DNA of 33,225 nucleotides from positions 27,193,462 to 27,226,686 of the forward strand of contig NC_068990.1 in assembly GCF_001194135.2 (NCBI RefSeq). The letters run 5' to 3'. The notes beneath the pieces are model-generated. The model did no database searches. It saw nothing but the letters and a program-made list of their open reading frames with translations, and was not told the origin of the DNA. The first letter of the stretch is position 1, and each line of letters begins with the position of its first letter. Source of the DNA: Octopus bimaculoides (Eukaryota). A program made the position numbers and the translations under genes. Shown here piece by piece: positions 22,607-33,225 of the stretch.

Positions 22607-22767
22607 GAGCGATGGGTGAAATAATTGCGAAATAAATTCCAACGGTAGGGCTCCTTTTCGTTTAGGTGCTATAATAGTACGGTACTGTAACACGAAGACC
22701 GCCGTAATTGGAGGGAATGGTCAAGATTGTACTCTGATATTATGGACGAAGTTTTGAAAACAACAGT

Positions 22768-22842
22768 TTCTTCTTCTTCTTCTTCTTCTTCTTCTTCTTC
22801 TTCTTCTTCTTCTTCTTCTTCTTCTTCTTCTTCTTCTTCTTC
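22768..22842. repeat. (TTC)25 microsatellite
   Basis: Perfect 75-bp run; source of the poly-E ORF. Confidence 0.95.
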
Positions 22843-23118
22843 CCTTTTTCCTTGGCACCTATTCATGCGATAAACAGACATTTTGTCTTGCTATTTGAAA
22901 ATCATCATTAAATCTCTTAAAATGGCTGCTATAACCCCACGCTTGACCGCCTCTGGTCACTTGTTATTGTTATTTATGATGTGTAATCCCTAGAAAATGT
23001 TTCTAGCAAATTATACAAATATTAATTTATCGTATGTTTCTCATAGTTTTTATCTCTCGGTACAATTTCAATGTTCTCCTCATCTCCATCTTCGTTTTCT
23101 TCACTCATATCTTCACCC

Positions 23119-23119
<1 letters not shown>

Positions 23120-23149
<30 letters not shown>

Positions 23150-23315
23150 TTTGTTGTTGTTGTTATTATTATTATTATTATTGTTATTGTTATAATTATT
23201 ATTATTATTATTATTATTATTATGATTATTATTGTTATTATTATAATTATTATTATTATTATTATTATTAATATTATTATTATTATTATTATTATTAGTA
23301 GTAGTAGTAGTAGTC
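23120..23315. repeat. Compound (ATT)n/(GTT)n/(AGT)n microsatellite
   Basis: Directly visible. Confidence 0.95.
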
Positions 23316-23738
23316 GTAGTATAAACCCTCCATATTTTTATAGAGCCTCCCTCTTAATTCTACGTTATTTTCTCAATTTTCTCTTCCCACTCGTTAACCA
23401 ATAATAGAATATAATTCTAAATTAAACACCAAATTTTTATTTTGAACACAATTCTTACAGTCTCTACTAGAAGTACTAACGCCTACTGTATTTCAGTTAA
23501 TACAGCCAACGATAAGAAATATAAACACTTCTAATAAATTATACTCTGTCTAGAGACTTCATTGTCTGGTGCGGCCTACGACTGATAAAACTTCGAAATC
23601 ATTCTCACATTTCCTTGTGAAAATACTCAGTTACTGTATACATGTATTGAATTAAGTTTCGTTTGTTTCTCAACAATATATATATATATATGTATGTATG
23701 TATGTATATATATGTGTGTGTGTGTGAGTGTGTGTGTG

Positions 23739-24169
23739 GCTCCTACATGATCATCGGCCATTTTTCTTTCTTTCTCTCCGTTGTAGCTGGAACAAGGAAG
23801 ACGTGTTCTTGTTGTCTCCTGTTCTAGCATGATTTACGCGTTCGCCACCACAACCTCGTTTAGGCTTAGCAGCCCTTCCTGATTGTTTTCACTGTCCTGT
23901 TTGTGTTACCTATTTTGACCCTCCGCAAAATCCGAAATTTTATTTAATTTGCTTTGCAGGAGAAACTGTTAAATCGAAAGAGTATATTGTTGTTAAATGC
24001 TCAAAATACGAGACTAGAAAAACAGCCAACAATTGATGAAGGGTCGTTCTTGATGTTGTTTGTTTTGTTTTCTATTTGTGTCTTTCGTTGTTTGAAAGAA
24101 TAGTTCATGTTCTATGTACTCGTGCTTCGTACTTTTTTGTCATACACGTTCCATCACGTCCTGTGCCCG
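23739..24169 (+). mobile_element. Interspersed repeat family E, copy 1 (class uncertain, possibly Penelope-derived)
   Basis: Collinear with the reverse complement of 30235-30651, e.g. CCCTCCGCAAAATCCGAAATTTTATTTAAT vs CCCTCTGCAAAAACCCCAAATTTTATTTAAT, and ACAATTGATGAAGGGTCGTTCTTGATGTTG vs ACAACTGATGAAGGGAATGTTCTTTATGTTG. Confidence 0.7.
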
Positions 24170-24296
24170 NNNNNNNNNNNNNNNNNNNNNNNNNNNNNNN
24201 NNNNNNNNNNNNNNNNNNNNNNNNNNNNNNNNNNNNNNNNNNNNNNNNNNNNNNNNNNNNNNNNNNNNNNNNNNNNNNNNNNNNNNNNNNATATAT

Positions 24297-24684
24297 AGGC
24301 ACTCGAGTGGGTGTGTGATAAGAAAGTTGCTTCCCAACCACATAATTCCGGATTCAGTCCCACTGCGTGGCACCTTGGGCAGTGTCTTCTACTAAACCTC
24401 GGGTCAACCAGAGCCTTGTGAGTGGATTTGGTAGACGGAAACTGAAAGAAGCCCGTCATATATATATATATATGTAAATGTGTATCTGTGTTTAACCCCC
24501 ACAATCGCTTGACAACCGGTGTTGGTGTGTTTACCTCACTGTAGTTTAGCGGCTCAACAAAAGAAACCGATAAAAGAAGTACTAGGCTCACAAAGAATAA
24601 GTTCTGGGGTCGATTTCTTCAGCTGAAGGCGGTCCTCCAGTATGGCCACAGTCAAATATCTGAAACAAATAAAAGAATAAAACA
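24297..24684 (+). mobile_element. SINE family A, full composite copy
   Basis: Head with GGATTCAGTCCC, CORE-like GGCACCTTGGGCAGTGTCTT, GAAGCCCGTC, (TA)n at 24458-24475, 3' half, tail AAATAAAAGAATAAAAC. Confidence 0.85.
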
Positions 24685-24687
24685 ATA

Positions 24688-24718
<31 letters not shown>

Positions 24719-25409
24719 CAATGTTTGTCTTTATGTACAGTTCTAATAAAAACAATTTTACATTAACCTGCTGGGTTACTCTATGCTTTTGTATAGAGTA
24801 CTTCGTAGATACAGACAGCTACGCCATCATCGGACGATGACTTAGCTGGCCAAAACTCCGAAGTTTCTGGCAATAATATCTTCGTTTCAGAATTAAATCG
24901 ATACGTTCTCACTATTCGACTTCTTGACACTGATTAAAGCAGTAACAATATTAGCCGCGAAATACAACAGATTATATTCACCTTTTCCTCATATCGAAAC
25001 CGTTCTATTTAATTACTTTTTTTTAACTCGTTCACAGTCCCGGCGCTAGGTTTTCACTTAAATTATTAACATTGTACTCCAAAGTAATAAAGCACGTTCA
25101 TTCACTCTTAATTAAAGATTTTACACTGCAGATGTAATTTTCTGTCTAAAAACGTAATTTCTTTATAATTAAGTAATTAAGGTTTGTATTTTCTTTCTAC
25201 ATATACATTGAAATATAAGACGTACACTTATATACAGACATACTTACAAATATTGGGACGCTCACGCACACACAAATAAAGCCCTATGTATGTATATACA
25301 TGCATTTATGAATATACGTACATTTTTATATTTTCATAGATCGATTTGTATCTTTGTATACATGCATATGTATATGTACTCACACACATATGCTTATATA
25401 TGCGCACGG

Positions 25410-25449
<40 letters not shown>

Positions 25450-25690
25450 GCATATACACACACACAAAGCACTCACACATCCGTGTATATATGTTTAAGT
25501 GTATGCATATTTATGCATGTGGTATGTAAATATGTTTGTATACATGAGGATGTGAATGTGTGTGTAAGGAATCTGACACCAGATCGACTAACGCAGTAAT
25601 TATGGATGTGTAGCAGTTTCGTCATCACATCAACAGAGAGAGAGAGTGGGGGGGAGGAGAGAGAGAGTGGGGGGAGGAGAGAGAGAGAGA

Positions 25691-25746
<56 letters not shown>

Positions 25747-26994
25747 CGGTGGTGGTGTTGGAGAATCTGTGGCAGGAATCAAAGAAAAACACGCAAACGA
25801 AAAATACAAGAAAATAAAAAATGAAACGAAGACCAAAACAGCTATCCTGAAAATCACGTGCATTACATAGTTGCATAACGTGCATACACATACATACATA
25901 CACACATACATACATACATGCATACATACATACATATACATACACACGTAAACATGTATGTATGTATATANNNNNNNNNNNNNNNNNNNNNNNNNNNNNN
26001 NNNNNNNNNNNNNNNNNNNNNNNNNNNNNNNNNNNNNNNNNNNNNNNNNNNNNNNNNNNNNNNNNNNNNNNNNNNNNNNNNNNNNNNNNNNNNNNNNNNN
26101 NNNNNNNNNNNNNNNNNNNNNNNNNNNNNNNNNNNNNNNNNNNNNNNNNNNNNNNNNNNNNNNNNNNNNNNNNNNNNNNNNNNNNNNNNNNNNNNNNNNN
26201 NNNNNNNNNNNNNNNNNNNNNNNNNNNNNNNNNNNNNNNNNNNNNNNNNNNNNNNNNNNNNNNNNNNNNNNNNNNNNNNNNNNNNNNNNNNNNNNNNNNN
26301 NNNNNNNNNNNNNNNNNNNNNNNNNNNNNNNNNNNNNNNNNNNNNNNNNNNNNNNNNNNNNNNNNNNNNNNNNNNNNNNNNNNNNNNNNNNNNNNNNNNN
26401 NNNNNNNNNNNNNNNNNNNNNNNNNNNNNNNNNNNNNNNNNNNNNNNNNNNNNNNNNNNNNNNNNNNNNNNNNNNNNNNNNNNNNNNNNNNNNNNNNNNN
26501 NNNNNNNNNNNNNNNNNNNNNNNNNNNNNNNNNNNNNNNNNNNNNNNNNNNNNNNNNNNNNNNNNNNNNNNNNNNNNNNNNNNNNNNNNNNNNNNNNNNN
26601 NNNNNNNNNNNNNNNNNNNNNNNNNNNNNNNNNNNNNNNNNNNNNNNNNNNNNNNNNNNNNNNNNNNNNNNNNNNNNNNNNNNNNNNNNNNNNNNNNNNN
26701 NNNNNNNNNNNNNNNNNNNNNNNNNNNNNNNNNNNNNNNNNNNNNNNNNNNNNNNNNNNNNNNNNNTCATTTTTTTCTCACCTTTTCTATTGTTAAGTTT
26801 TTCTGCGTGTTATTTTTCGTTTAAGACGATATTAATACTACTACTAGGAATAATAATAAAAATAGTATCTATAATAATAACTACGGTGCAACTACGAATC
26901 ACTTTTTAAGTCTTAATTTCCGTATGTGATACATCAAATTTCTATGTTTTACATTTTGTATTCTGAAACCAGGACTGTAATCTGGAAAACGCAG

Positions 26995-27150
26995 GCTTAC
27001 GTTCTGAGTTCAAACTCCGCTGAGGTCGACTTTGCCTTTCATCTTTTCGGGGTCGATAAATTAAGTACCAGTTGCTTACTGGGGACGTTCTAATCGACGG
27101 TCCCCCTCCTAGGGGGCAAGTTTCGGGCCTTGTGTCTAGAATAGGAAAAA
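26995..27150 (+). mobile_element. SINE family C, 5'-truncated copy
   Basis: TTACGTTCTGAGTTCAAACTCCGCTGAGGTCGACTTTGCCTTTCATCTTTTCGGGGTCGATAAATTAAGTACCAG matches the other family C copies. Confidence 0.85.
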
Positions 27151-27161
27151 ATATAGTAATA

Positions 27162-27374
27162 AAGGCGGTGAGGTGGTAGAATCATTAGCATGCTGAGCTA
27201 AATAATTTGCGGCATTTCGACCATCATTCTGGGTTCAAATTCCGCTGAGGTCGACTTCGCCTTTTATCGTCTCAGAAGTCGATAAAATAAGTATCATCTG
27301 ATCACTGGAAACGATGTAATCGACTTTCCCGCCTCCGCAGAAATGCTGGTCTTGAGCCAAAATTTGAAACCAAT
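27162..27374 (+). mobile_element. SINE family C, full-length copy
   Basis: Head AAGGCGGTGAGGTGGTAGAATC, B-box-like GGGTTCAAATTCC, terminal AAAATTTGAAACCAA. Confidence 0.85.
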
Positions 27375-27447
27375 ATGCTAACGGCAACAAGAACAAGATC
27401 AACAACGATGACGAGGACATGAACAAGAACAACAATAATAATGAAAA

Positions 27448-27660
27448 TGTTTTAAAATTTTGGTAAAAAAGGCCATGAATGTCCAAGTGGAGGTTGAAGT
27501 TGATTGCATCGACTCCAGCGTTCAAATGATACTAATTTTATCGATCGATTTGATGAAAGTCAAAGTCAGCCTCGGTAGAATTAGAATTTAGACGGTGAAC
27601 ACGGACGAAATGCCGCCGAGCATTTTGCTCGGCTTGTTAACAATTCTGCCAGCATGCAAC
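27448..27660 (-). mobile_element. SINE family C, full-length diverged copy, tail-to-tail with the preceding one
   Basis: ACGGACGAAATGCCGCCGAGCATTTTGCTCGGC..AACAATTCTGCCAGC is collinear with 7445-7500. Confidence 0.8.
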
Positions 27661-27667
27661 CTTGTAC

Positions 27668-27741
27668 TGGTTTTAAATTTTGGCACAAGGCCAGCAATTT
27701 CGAAAGAACAGGGCTAGGTTGATTAGATCGAGACCAGTGCA
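27668..27741 (-). mobile_element. SINE family C, 3' fragment
   Basis: TGGTTTTAAATTTTGGCACAAGGCCAGCAATTTCGA matches 7293-7325. Confidence 0.75.
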
Positions 27742-27744
27742 TAG

Positions 27745-27911
27745 CAGCATCTTGTCCGTCATCACGTTCTGGTTTCAAATGCAACCGGGGAAGACTTTGC
27801 CTTCCACCCATCGGGGTTCGATAAAATAAGTGCCAGCTGTGCACTTGGGGTCGATGTAATCGACATACTCCTCCATCGAAATTTCTGGCCTTGTGTCAAA
27901 ATTTGAAACCA
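27745..27911 (+). mobile_element. SINE family C, 5'-truncated copy
   Basis: CACGTTCTGGTTTCAAAT..GACTTTGCCTTCCA..GATAAAATAAGTGCCAG..GGGGTCGATGTAATCGAC..TGAAACCA. Confidence 0.8.
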
Positions 27912-27939
27912 TTAATTCTGCAGTCTGTGTCGGGTCATG

Positions 27940-28110
27940 GGTTCGGTGAATCGTTTGACATGTCGTATAATTTACGTTCTAAGTTCAAATCCCATTGAAT
28001 CAACCTTGTCTTTCACTCTTTTGTGAGTTCGGCAAAAAACAAAGTTCCACTCAAGTATTGGGTGCATATAACGACTAACCTCTTACTGTAAATATTTCAG
28101 AACGTGTCGT
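27940..28110 (+). mobile_element. SINE family C, highly diverged copy
   Basis: TTTACGTTCTAAGTTCAAATCCCATTGAATCAACCTTGTCTTTCA aligns to 26998-27045. Confidence 0.5.
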
Positions 28111-28497
28111 TAAATTGGAATCCATTTGACTGCATTAAGTGCTTACTTTCAAAATCAGATCTTTGCATAGGATTACCTTTTGAGTAATTGAGGAAATTCA
28201 ATATCTAAATATATTTGATTTTGATTGGAAGACTCTAAGATTCGCTTCCTATCTATATGGCATGTATCTCAGTATGACTGAAAACATTTCCCGTGCGTGA
28301 AGCCAGCATCTCGCAGATTGTGTTTTAAGGGTTATCATGAAGTCGACCCTATACGCACTTATATTGGTTTTGAAAATAAGCTTCTCATAATGTTGTTAAG
28401 AAACCAATGAACGCTGACTGATTTAAACTTAGGAGAAAAGATATCGTACATAGATTCGGAGGAAACACATACGAAATACCACTTAGCATTAGAAATC

Positions 28498-28800
28498 GAG
28501 TAGCTTAGTGGATCGAATATTGGGCTTACGATCGAAACGTCTCGAGTTCGAATACCGGTGGTGCGTTGATTCATTCAGCTAGACACTTTATTTCACGTTG
28601 TTCCAGTCGATTTAGCTAGTGTAGTACCTGTAATTCGAAGGGGGAAAACCCTGTCACACTCTGTGTCACGATGAATCTCCCTCCGAACTACGTTAAAGAT
28701 ATGCGTGTCTGTGGAGTACTCAGCCGCTTGCATCTTAATTTCAAGAGCAGGCTGTTGCATTGATCAGATCAATTAGAGACCGGATCGTCACGACAGACAG
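28498..28800 (+). mobile_element. SINE family D (tRNA-derived head plus about 240-bp body)
   Basis: A-box-like TAGCTTAGTGG (28501-28511) and B-box-like AGTTCGAATACC (28545-28556) at tRNA-like spacing. It does not fold as a cloverleaf; the post-head segment is shared with 7880-7910. Confidence 0.7.
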
Positions 28801-29803
28801 ACAACCAGGATGTGAATACATACACAAACACACACGAACGAACGCACGCACGCACAATCATACAATACACACACACATACATACGCACACGCACAAACCC
28901 ACACACTCTCACAAACTCACACACAAGCAACGACACGTGCAAAACATATGTCAAAACAGAGGACTAGAAAAAAATTGGGATATATTTAATTCCATGTTAA
29001 ACCTGTTTCATTACAAGATATAGTAAAAAAAAAAACCATGTATATAATGCTTTCAAAACTTTACACAAACATGTGCGTGTGTGTGTGTGTGTGTGCGCGC
29101 ACACACACGCATATGCACGTGGGTTGCTTTATGTCCAACGAATGGTAATGAAGAGCTCAATACATGTAGAGGATATGTTCCTTCTTTCATTTGAAATGGA
29201 TACCGTGATTTCATTTCGTGACACGAGTGAGGCGAGACAATCTCTCAGTTTTGGCTCCAATACAAAACTATATACATATGTGTTTGTGTGTGTATACATG
29301 CATATATATATATATATATATATATATANNNNNNNNNNNNNNNNNNNNNNNNNNNNNNNNNNNNNNNNNNNNNNNNNNNNNNNNNNNNNNNNNNNNNNNN
29401 NNNNNNNNNNNNNNNNNNNNNNNNNNNNNNNNNNNNNNNNNNNNNNNNNNNNNNNNNNNNNNNNNNNNNNNNNNNNNNNNNNNNNNNNNNNNNNNNNNNN
29501 NNNNNNNNNNNNNNNNNNNNNNNNNNNNNNNNNNNNNNNNNNNNNNNNNNNNNNNNNNNNNNNNNNNNNNNNNNNNNNNNNNNNNNNNNNNNNNNNNNNN
29601 NNNNNNNNNNNNNNNNNNNNNNNNNNNNNNNNNNNNNNNNNNNNNNNNNNNNNNNNNNNNNNNNNNNNNNNNNNNNNNNNNNNNNNNNNNNNNNNNNNNN
29701 NNNNNNNNNNNNNNNNNNNNNNNNNNNNNNNNNNNNNNNNNNNNNNNNNNNNNNNNNNNNNNNNNNNNNNNNNNNNNNNNNNNNNNNNNNNNNNNNNNNN
29801 NNN

Positions 29804-29836
<33 letters not shown>

Positions 29837-29860
29837 ATATGTATGTGCGTGTATATGTTT

Positions 29861-30071
29861 GTGTCTGTGTTTGTCCCTCCCCAGCATCGCTTGACAACCG
29901 ATGCTGGTGTGTTTACGTCCCCGTAATTTAGCGGTTCGGCAAGAGTGACCGATAGAATATGCTTCCAATGAATAAGCCCTGGGGTCGATTTGCTCGACTA
30001 AAGGCGGTGCTCCAGCATAGCCGCAGTCAAATGACTGAAACAAGTAAAAGAGTAAAAGAGTAAAAGAGTAA
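29861..30071 (+). mobile_element. SINE family A, 3' half with an intact (AGTAAAAG)3 tail; the 5' half probably lies in the upstream gap
   Basis: Collinear with 24481-24684. Three perfect AGTAAAAG units at 30043-30066; preceded by (TA)n and a gap of about 475 N. Confidence 0.85.
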
Positions 30072-30234
30072 TATGAATGTATGTATGCAGATGATGTATA
30101 TATTTATATATATATGTGTGTATGTAGATGATGTATATATATTTATATATAATAATATAATATCATATATATATGCATATATACATACATATATTTACAT
30201 ACCTACATATATATGTGTATATACATGCATATAT

Positions 30235-30651
30235 AGGAACAAGACGTCAAAAAAAACCTGAACAAAATCAAAAACGAGAGCATCAAAAAACAAAAACATG
30301 GAAAACGAACTTTTTTCGAACGCCGAAAGAAACAAATAGAGAAACGAGACAGGCAACATAAAGAACATTCCCTTCATCAGTTGTACCTTGTTTTATCTAC
30401 TTCGTGTTTCGAAGGTTGGGACAAGACGCGACTTCATTAAAAAAAGTCCTTCCGGATTAAATAAAATTTGGGGTTTTTGCAGAGGGAACATAAAAGGACA
30501 GTGAGAACAAAACAGTAAAAACAAACGGTAAGAGCTGTTAAGCCATAACGAGGCGTGATGGTGAACGCTGGAAAAACGAGCTAAGACAGGAGGTCTTATC
30601 TCTTGTAAAGTAGGAGGAAGAAAGAACGATAGCCGCTGGTTACGTGTGAGC
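30235..30651 (-). mobile_element. Interspersed repeat family E, copy 2
   Basis: The reverse complement is collinear with 23739-24169 over about 420 bp. Confidence 0.7.
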
Positions 30652-30803
30652 AAGGAGGAAGAGTGAGGGAGATAGAGGGTGAGGAAGAGAATAGTGAAGG
30701 GGGAAGAGAGGAAAAAAGCAGAAAGAAAGAGAGTGTAGAGTGCGCATCGGACTTAAGATTAAACTTACTTGGAAATGAACGCCACTCATCCATTTCCAAA
30801 TAA

Positions 30804-30870
<67 letters not shown>

Positions 30871-30875
30871 TGATG

Positions 30876-30914
<39 letters not shown>

Positions 30915-31731
30915 NNNNNNNNNNNNNNNNNNNNNNNNNNNNNNNNNNNNNNNNNNNNNNNNNNNNNNNNNNNNNNNNNNNNNNNNNNNNNNNNNNNNNN
31001 NNNNNNNNNNNNNNNNNNNNNNNNNNNNNNNNNNNNNNNNNNNNNNNNNNNNNNNNNNNNNNNNNNNNNNNNNNNNNNNNNNNNNNNNNNNNNNNNNNNN
31101 NNNNNNNNNNNNNNNNNNNNNNNNNNNNNNNNNNNNNNNNNNNNNNNNNNNNNNNNNNNNNNNNNNNNNNNNNNNNNNNNNNNNNNNNNNNNNNNNNNNN
31201 NNNNNNNNNNNNNNNNNNNNNNNNNNNNNNNNNNNNNNNNNNNNNNNNNNNNNNNNNNNNNNNNNNNNNNNNNNNNNNNNNNNNNNNNNNNNNNNNNNNN
31301 NNNNNNNNNNNNNNNNNNNNNNNNNNNNNNNNNNNNNNNNNNNNNNNNNNNNNNNNNNNNNNNNNNNNNNNNNNNNNNNNNNNNNNNNNNNNNNNNNNNN
31401 NNNNNNNNNNNNNNNNNNNNNNNNNNNNNNNNNNNNNNNNNNNNNNNNNNNNNNNNNNNNNNNNNNNNNNNNNNNNNNNNNNNNNNNNNNNNNNNNNNNN
31501 NNNNNNNNNNNNNNNNNNNNNNNNNNNNNNNNNNNNNNNNNNNNNNNNNNNNNNNNNNNNNNNNNNNNNNNNNNNNNNNNNNNNNNNNNNNNNNNNNNNN
31601 NNNNNNNNNNNNNNNNNNNNNNNNNNNNNNNNNNNNNNNNNNNNNNNNNNNNNNNNNNNNNNNNNNNNNNNNNNNNNNNNNNNNNNNNNNNNNNNNNNNN
31701 NNNNNNNNNNNNNNNNNNNNNNNNNNNNNNN

Positions 31732-31772
<41 letters not shown>

Positions 31773-33181
31773 ATGATAAATAATAACGAATGAGTATGTA
31801 TTTTTAGATTGATTTGTGAGTCAAAGATTTATATATATATGCATACATATACATGTATATGTGTGTCTATGTATACGTGTGTGTGTGTGTGTGTGTGCAA
31901 AAGTTAAAATATTTCATATGTAAATAATAAAATGAGAATTGAAATAAAATAAAAATATCTGTTTAAGATTATGAAGTATGAGAATAATGAAACAAATTAT
32001 AAAATATGGAATGAAAATATGTATTTCCACTGCATGTGAAAACAAAGTTCTATAAGAAACGACAAAGAACTAAACTAAGAGTGAAAAGAGAAAGTAAAAA
32101 TGAAAAAAGCAAACGTGTTAATAGAAAATGCAAAGAAAAATGGAAGTATGTGTAGACGGAGAAAAGAAAAGAAAGAGAAAAGGGAGATAAACGAAACCAA
32201 TGCAATGTGTCAGAGCGTACGTAATAAGGTAGATATGAAGTAATGCTGTTTGATATTAGTGAGATAAAAGAGGGTGAGTGTAGGAAGGGATGAAGACGAA
32301 ATGGCTGAAAAGAGATATTAAATGAAGTAGTAATAGGTTGTTACATTCACGAATTGTTTTCTAAAGATGAAGAGTGTAATGGAGGTTTGTATATTAATAG
32401 CGAATTATAGCAAGTTAGACAGTTCAATTATATAGAAGAGAGCCAAAAAAATAGGGAGAGGGTTGTGTAGAATGCGATTTAATAGAGGAACAAATATTAA
32501 TGAAATATATATATATNNNNNNNNNNTATATCTATATCTATGAGTGTGTATATATGTATATTATGTGTGCGGTCATGCAACTTTATTTCATATACTGGTA
32601 TTGTGAATTCAAGTCCAGCTATGTATTTAATTTTCCCTGACACGAAAATTACATTGAATTAACTTGTATTAGAATTTGCGAAAGCGTGTTCAATGTACTT
32701 GTATGTTGCAAAAAAAAAAAATGAAAATATTACATGTAAATATGTTGTCTTCGATTTCGTTCAATAGCTATCGATTGTTTGTTTGTTGACGTAAATATAA
32801 GGAAAAGGGGATAACAATCAGAAAAAGTGAGCAAAAGATGACAAGTGTACAACGAAGAATAGAGTTTCAGAGATGTTCTTTGGGAGACCTCACTGTTGGT
32901 TTACGACATCACAGGAATCAAATATGAACATGGTTGTCGATATTATTCAAGGAATTTTAAAAGCTTTCAAAATAACCTTGGAATTTCGAAGTTTACAGAA
33001 GCTAGGATAATTTATTTTTCAAATAGAACACATCAATATGGATATATTGAATTCCTTGAGTTTCCTGTTTACCGATATTAAGGATATATATTATGTGTTT
33101 GTGTATACATATATGAGTGTATATACATATATGTTTGTGCGTATGTATAAGCATGTATATGTTTGTATACACATATATATG

Positions 33182-33225
<44 letters not shown>

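Noticed and set aside
23941-24103. Strong-looking acceptor TTTGCTTTGCAG followed by 47 open codons
   Set aside because: It lies inside repeat family E and is absent from the second copy; at most a cryptic site.
25635-25690. Duplicated GA-repeat/G-run unit with possible G-quadruplex
   Set aside because: Only two long G-runs; adequately explained by slippage within a (GA)n tract.
1836-31772. The many 60-580 aa ORFs in the track (YI, HT, CV, poly-I/N/H/E, X-runs)
   Set aside because: They are translations of di- and trinucleotide microsatellites or of N-gaps that lack stop codons; no recognisable domain.
32896-33081. ORF containing LLVYDIT, identical to a Rab GTPase beta-strand motif
   Set aside because: Flanking residues do not match Rab (no YYRGA before it, no G4/G5 motifs after), there is an upstream in-frame stop and no good splice acceptor. 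Treated as a chance match.

Overview
Non-coding, AT-rich eukaryotic DNA from a draft assembly, with 16 N-gaps totalling about 5.8 kb, nearly all bounded by microsatellites. The very high (TA)n/(CA)n/(AAT)n/(ATCT)n density and the repeat families look like an octopus (coleoid cephalopod) genome; this is pattern recognition, not a database result. No protein-coding exon can be supported: the ORF track is microsatellite or N read-through. The window contains many copies of three tRNA-headed SINE families (my labels A, C, D). Family A is a composite of tRNA head, CORE-like segment, internal microsatellite and a 3' half with an 8-bp tandem tail. There are two inverted copies of another interspersed repeat (family E), a mariner-like end, and an RTE-like 3' end with a (GAT)n tail. 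A 73-nt tRNA-Lys(CTT)-derived gene carries an ATT anticodon. One clear and two degenerate minimal type I hammerhead-ribozyme motifs resemble those of Penelope-like elements or retrozymes. Family labels come from copy-to-copy comparison within this window, and repeat boundaries are approximate.
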